Below are positions 49,373-53,165 of a stretch of DNA of 53,165 nt, in pieces. The stretch's first letter is position 1. Every line of letters begins with the position of its first letter. The position numbers were made by a program, and so were the translations under genes. The notes beneath the pieces are model-generated. The model saw only the letters and a list, made by a program, of their open reading frames with translations. It did no database searches and was not told where the DNA came from. Location of the stretch: assembly GCA_013698095.1 (NCBI GenBank), contig JACCVQ010000153.1:1-53165 (forward strand), read 5' to 3'. This DNA comes from Chloroflexota bacterium. Lineage in GTDB: Bacteria > Chloroflexota > Limnocylindria > Limnocylindrales > CSP1-4.

Positions 49373-50389
49373 TCAGGTCTCGCCGCTGACCCGGGTGTAG
49401 GCCGCCGCGACCGCCACGATGATCACGCCGAACAGGATCTGGCGAACGGCCTCCGGCATCTCGAGGACGGTCAAGAGGGTCGTGACCACCGTCAGGATCA
49501 GGGCGCCCACGATCGTGCCGGAATAGCCGCCGCGGCCGCCCATGATCGACGTCCCGCCGATGACGGCGGCGGCGACGGACGGCAGGACCTGTTGCTCGAC
49601 GAGGCTCACGGTGGCCGTGTTGTTCAGGCCGGCCAGCAGGAGCCCGGCGACGGCCGCGAGGACCGCCGACAGGATGTACAGCGCCACATGGACCTGCCAC
49701 ACCCGGGCACCGGCGAGCCGGGCGGCGATGGGGTTGTCCCCGACGGCGAAGAGCAACCGGCCGAACCCCGTTCGACGCAGCCCGACGACGATCATCAGTG
49801 CCACCGGCACGAACACCAGGATGCTGTTCGGGACGAACCCGAACGAGATGCCCGAGCCGAGCCACAGGATCGCCTCGGGGATCCGGGTGCCGGACTGGAC
49901 CATCGCGAGCTGGTACACCGAGGTGAGCCCGAGCACGACCAGGCTCATGCCCAGGGTCATGATCAGCGGGTGGACCTTGAAGACGCCGATCCCGATGCCG
50001 TTCGCGATCCCGGCCGCGGTCGCGGCGATGAGCGCGATGATGATCGCGACCGCCGGACCCTGGCTGGCGCTCTGGGTGGCCATGATGAAGGCGGCGCTCG
50101 ACGCGACGGCGCCAACCGACAGGTCGATGCCGCCGGTCAGCATGGCGAGGGTTTGACAGGCGGCCAGGATCGCCAGCGGGATCGCCGACCGGAGGGTCGT
50201 GGCGAGCCAGTTGCCGTTCACGATCCCGGGGTTGGCGACCTCGAGCATCACGACGAGCAACGTGAGCAGGACGATCAGCGGGATGAGGGGCCGGTCGCGG
50301 ATGATCCGACGCAGGCCGCCCGACGCCAACCCGCGTGGCACCCGCGCGTTGCCGGCGGCTCCGGCGGCGCCTGCGCCGGCGCCGCTCAT
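49373..50389 (-). CDS. Sugar ABC permease (RbsC-like)
   Basis: 'TGGIDLSVG', 'FGRLLFAVGDNP.AARLAG', 'AAAVIGGTS..GGRG'. Confidence 0.9.
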   Translation of the reverse strand: MSGAGAGAAGAAGNARVPRGLASGGLRRIIRDRPLIPLIVLLTLLVVMLEVANPGIVNGNWLATTLRSAIPLAILAACQTLAMLTGGIDLSVGAVASSAAFIMATQSASQGPAVAIIIALIAATAAGIANGIGIGVFKVHPLIMTLGMSLVVLGLTSVYQLAMVQSGTRIPEAILWLGSGISFGFVPNSILVFVPVALMIVVGLRRTGFGRLLFAVGDNPIAARLAGARVWQVHVALYILSAVLAAVAGLLLAGLNNTATVSLVEQQVLPSVAAAVIGGTSIMGGRGGYSGTIVGALILTVVTTLLTVLEMPEAVRQILFGVIIVAVAAAYTRVSGET

Positions 50390-51387
50390 GCCCGCACCTT
50401 GCGCATCGCGATCAGGCTCCCGAACATCACCACCCCGATGAGGATGGCACCCTGGATGGCGGTCGACAGGTTGGGATCGACGCCGAGGAAAAACAGGTCC
50501 GTCCGGACGAGCGCGAGGACCATGACCGCGATGATCGGCCCGAGCACGCCGCCGCGCCCGCCCGCCAGGCTCACGCCGCCGAGCACGATCGCGGCCACGC
50601 TCTGGAGGGTGTAGGCGCCGGGCACCGGAGCGCCGACCCCGCCGATCCCCGTCAGCGTGATGCCGCCCAGCGCCGCGAAGAAGCCGGCGAGGGAGTACGC
50701 GATGATCTTCGTCGGCGCGACCGCGACGCCGCTCCGGAACGCGGCGAGCGGGTGGCTGCCGACGGCGTACATCGCAAGCCCGCGCGAGGACCGCTTGAGC
50801 GGGATCCACACCAGGGTGACGATGATGGCCAGGACCACGAGCGCCTTCGGCAGGAACGGCAGGAAGAACGGGCCCGAGAGGATCGTCGTCAGAAACTGCG
50901 CCGCCCCGCCGCCCGGGGTGTTGAGGATCAGCAGCGCGGCGCCGGCCCACACGAAGGACATCGCGAGCGTGACGACGATGTCGGGGACCTTCGTGAGCAC
51001 GACGAGCCCGCCGTTGATCGCCCCGACGACGAGCCCGAGCAGGAGGACGGCGAACACGACGCCGACACCGACCGCGTCGCCCTGACCCTTCATCAGGACG
51101 GCGGACGTCACGCTCCCGAGCGCCATCATCGATCCCACCGACAGGTCGATGCCGCCGGAGATCACGACGATGGCCTGCGCGACGGCGGCAAACGCGATCG
51201 GCAGGACGTCGATGGCGAGGTTGACGATCCCGGCCGGCCCGTAGTTCGGGTTGATCACCCGGGTCAGGACGAGAAACGCAATCAGGAGACCCAGGATCGC
51301 GAACGACGAGACGTTCCGACGAACGAACGCCTCGGCCCTGGCGAGGGCGCCCTCACCGGAGCGAATGGTGCCGGCGGCGGCGGTCAT
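50386..51387 (-). CDS. Sugar ABC permease (RbsC-like)
   Basis: 'SGGIDLSVG', 'YAVGS...AA..SGV', 'AAIVLGGVSLAGGRG'. Confidence 0.9.
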   Translation of the reverse strand: MTAAAGTIRSGEGALARAEAFVRRNVSSFAILGLLIAFLVLTRVINPNYGPAGIVNLAIDVLPIAFAAVAQAIVVISGGIDLSVGSMMALGSVTSAVLMKGQGDAVGVGVVFAVLLLGLVVGAINGGLVVLTKVPDIVVTLAMSFVWAGAALLILNTPGGGAAQFLTTILSGPFFLPFLPKALVVLAIIVTLVWIPLKRSSRGLAMYAVGSHPLAAFRSGVAVAPTKIIAYSLAGFFAALGGITLTGIGGVGAPVPGAYTLQSVAAIVLGGVSLAGGRGGVLGPIIAVMVLALVRTDLFFLGVDPNLSTAIQGAILIGVVMFGSLIAMRKVRA

Positions 51388-53030
51388 CGCGGGCCTCCAG
51401 CGGTGGGCTCGGTGGTCACCCGAGCGACGCCCGCCTCGGCTCCCGCTGCCTCGGCTGCTTCCACCGCCGCCGCGACCGTCTCGGCGGCGATCTCCTCGGG
51501 CATGACCGCGTCGGGCTTCAGGTCGTAGGCCGCGCGGAGCAGGGTCGGCTCGTCGGCCTCGGCGACCGGGATCTCGGCGACGACCCGGCCGCGGAAGATG
51601 ACGATCGCCCGGTCACAGGCGAGCTGGATCTCCTTCAGCTCCGAGGTGTAGAGGAGCACCGCAGCGCCGGCTTCGGCGAGGTCCCGCAACAGCCGGTAGA
51701 TCTGCTGCTTGGTGCCGATGTCGATGCCCCGGGTGGGGTCGAAGCAGAGCATCGTCCGGACGCCGCCCGCGACCCAGCGCGCGATCGTGACTTTCTGCTG
51801 GTTGCCGCCCGACAGGCGCCGGACCTCCGCGGCCGCCCGGGTGTCGATCTCGAGCGTGGCGATCGCCGAATCGACCTTCTTCCGTTCCGCGCCGACGTCG
51901 AGCGGCCCCCACGAGCCAAACCGGGTCGCGAACGGCAGGGCGATGTTCTCGCGCACGGATCGTTGCATGAGGAGCGCCTCCGCGCGATCGGCAGGCACGT
52001 AGACGAGGCCGGCACGGATCGCGTCGGCGGGATGGCGGAACGACACCGGCCCGCCGTCGACGAGGAGCACGCCGCCGCCCGGTCTCTCGGAGCCCGCGAG
52101 GATGTCGAAGAGCTCGTCCTGGCCCTGACCCTCGAGGGCAACGACGCCCAGCACCTCGCCCGGGTACAGGTCGAACGACACGTCTGCCAGCTTGGTGCCG
52201 GAGCTCAGGTTCCGGGCGGTGATCCGCGGAACGGCGTCGGCGGGCCGCACCGGCGCGGCGGCGGTCGTCGCGCCCGCGGCAGACAGGTCGCTGGCGATGT
52301 CACCAAGCATCAGCTCGACGATCCGGTGCTCGGAGCCGGCCGTCACGTCGACCACGCCGACCGTCCGGCCTTCGCGAAGCACCGTCGCGCGATCGCAGAC
52401 AGCCGCGATCTCGATCAGGCGGTGGGAGATGAAGATGATCGACCGGGCGGTGCCACGCTGGCGGGCCACGACCTCGAGGACCTTCTCGGTGAGGTTCGCG
52501 GGCAGAGCAGCGGTCATCTCGTCGAGGAGGAGGACGTCCGGCTCGATGGCGAGCGCCCGGGCGAGATCGAGGACCCGGAGCGTCGCGAGTGGGAGGTCAC
52601 GCACGAGGTCGGCGACGTCGAGGTCGGGGATGCCGAGCTCACTGAGCCAGTGGCGGGTGGCGTCGATCGGCGACTGGGTGAGCCGCAGGTTCGACCGGAC
52701 GTCGAGGTCCGGGATCAGGGCCGGCTCCTGGTAGACCGAGACGATGCCGCCGCGCCGCGCCTCGGCGGGGGAGTGAACGTTGAAGGGCGTTCCACGGACG
52801 AGGATCGTCCCCGCATCCGGCCGAACGCCACCCGTCAGGATCTTCACGAGGGTGCTCTTGCCGGCGCCGTTGGCGCCCATGAGCGCATGGACTTCGCCGG
52901 GCCGGACGGCCAGGGACGCCGAGCGCAGCGCCATGACGGCGCCGTAGTGCTTCGCGATGTCAGTCGCGTCCAGGAGCAGCTCGGACGTGGCGAGGTCCGA
53001 TGGCCTGGTGTCAGGTGCGCCGTCGATCAC
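51384..53030 (-). CDS. Sugar ABC ATP-binding protein (RbsA-like, two NBDs)
   Basis: 'GEVHALMGANGAGKSTL', 'FISHRL', 'LSGGNQQKV', 'PTRGIDIG'. Confidence 0.93.
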   Translation of the reverse strand: MIDGAPDTRPSDLATSELLLDATDIAKHYGAVMALRSASLAVRPGEVHALMGANGAGKSTLVKILTGGVRPDAGTILVRGTPFNVHSPAEARRGGIVSVYQEPALIPDLDVRSNLRLTQSPIDATRHWLSELGIPDLDVADLVRDLPLATLRVLDLARALAIEPDVLLLDEMTAALPANLTEKVLEVVARQRGTARSIIFISHRLIEIAAVCDRATVLREGRTVGVVDVTAGSEHRIVELMLGDIASDLSAAGATTAAAPVRPADAVPRITARNLSSGTKLADVSFDLYPGEVLGVVALEGQGQDELFDILAGSERPGGGVLLVDGGPVSFRHPADAIRAGLVYVPADRAEALLMQRSVRENIALPFATRFGSWGPLDVGAERKKVDSAIATLEIDTRAAAEVRRLSGGNQQKVTIARWVAGGVRTMLCFDPTRGIDIGTKQQIYRLLRDLAEAGAAVLLYTSELKEIQLACDRAIVIFRGRVVAEIPVAEADEPTLLRAAYDLKPDAVMPEEIAAETVAAAVEAAEAAGAEAGVARVTTEPTAGGPR

Positions 53031-53063
53031 AGGTCAGCCGATCCTCAACCAGAGGGTGGGTGG

Positions 53064-53140
53064 GTGGGAGGTGTCAGCGTTGAAGGCAAAGCGTCGGATT
53101 GTGGGAGGTGCCAGCGTTGAAAGTGAACTGTTCAGCGTTG
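53064..53140. repeat. Short direct repeats
   Basis: GTGGGAGGTGYCAGCGTTGAA at 53064-53084 and 53101-53121; partial TCAGCGTTG at 53132. Confidence 0.7.
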
Positions 53141-53165
53141 GAGGTGGGGTGCCGGCGGAGCCGGC

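Noticed and set aside
53064-53121. Possible CRISPR array
   Set aside because: Only two 21-nt units with a 16-nt spacer; no cas genes in the window

Overview
High-GC (visually ~70%) bacterial chromosomal segment. The gene style and pervasive leaderless starts would fit a Chloroflexota- or Actinomycetota-like organism (inference only). It is mostly housekeeping. Left part: 3' end of selB coupled to mobA; hydrolases, a methyltransferase and MFS/EamA transporters; an SbcD/Mre11-like nuclease with an SMC-like ATPase carrying internal transmembrane helices; an ABC exporter divergent from a two-component system; corA; citrate synthase. Middle: a large minus-strand pentose-phosphate cluster (tkt, AbrB/PIN toxin-antitoxin pair, rpiB, pgi, gnd, zwf, opcA, pgl, GNAT, hydrolase) divergent from a PfkB kinase plus psuG. 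Right part: an ABC-2 exporter, pyrG, fsa/tal and a sugar ABC-ROK-GntR-nagA operon. No rRNA, tRNA, CRISPR array, integrase or transposase was recognised. Most notable oddities: a self-promoted VapBC-type module inside the PPP cluster and coupled to rpiB; several unrelated ~160-230 nt long inverted-repeat intergenic elements; a diverged duplicate of the gnd 3' end; a structured leader before the nuclease/SMC pair; a frameshifted nitroreductase remnant; a possible ACG start. All calls come from reading motifs by eye; no searches were run.
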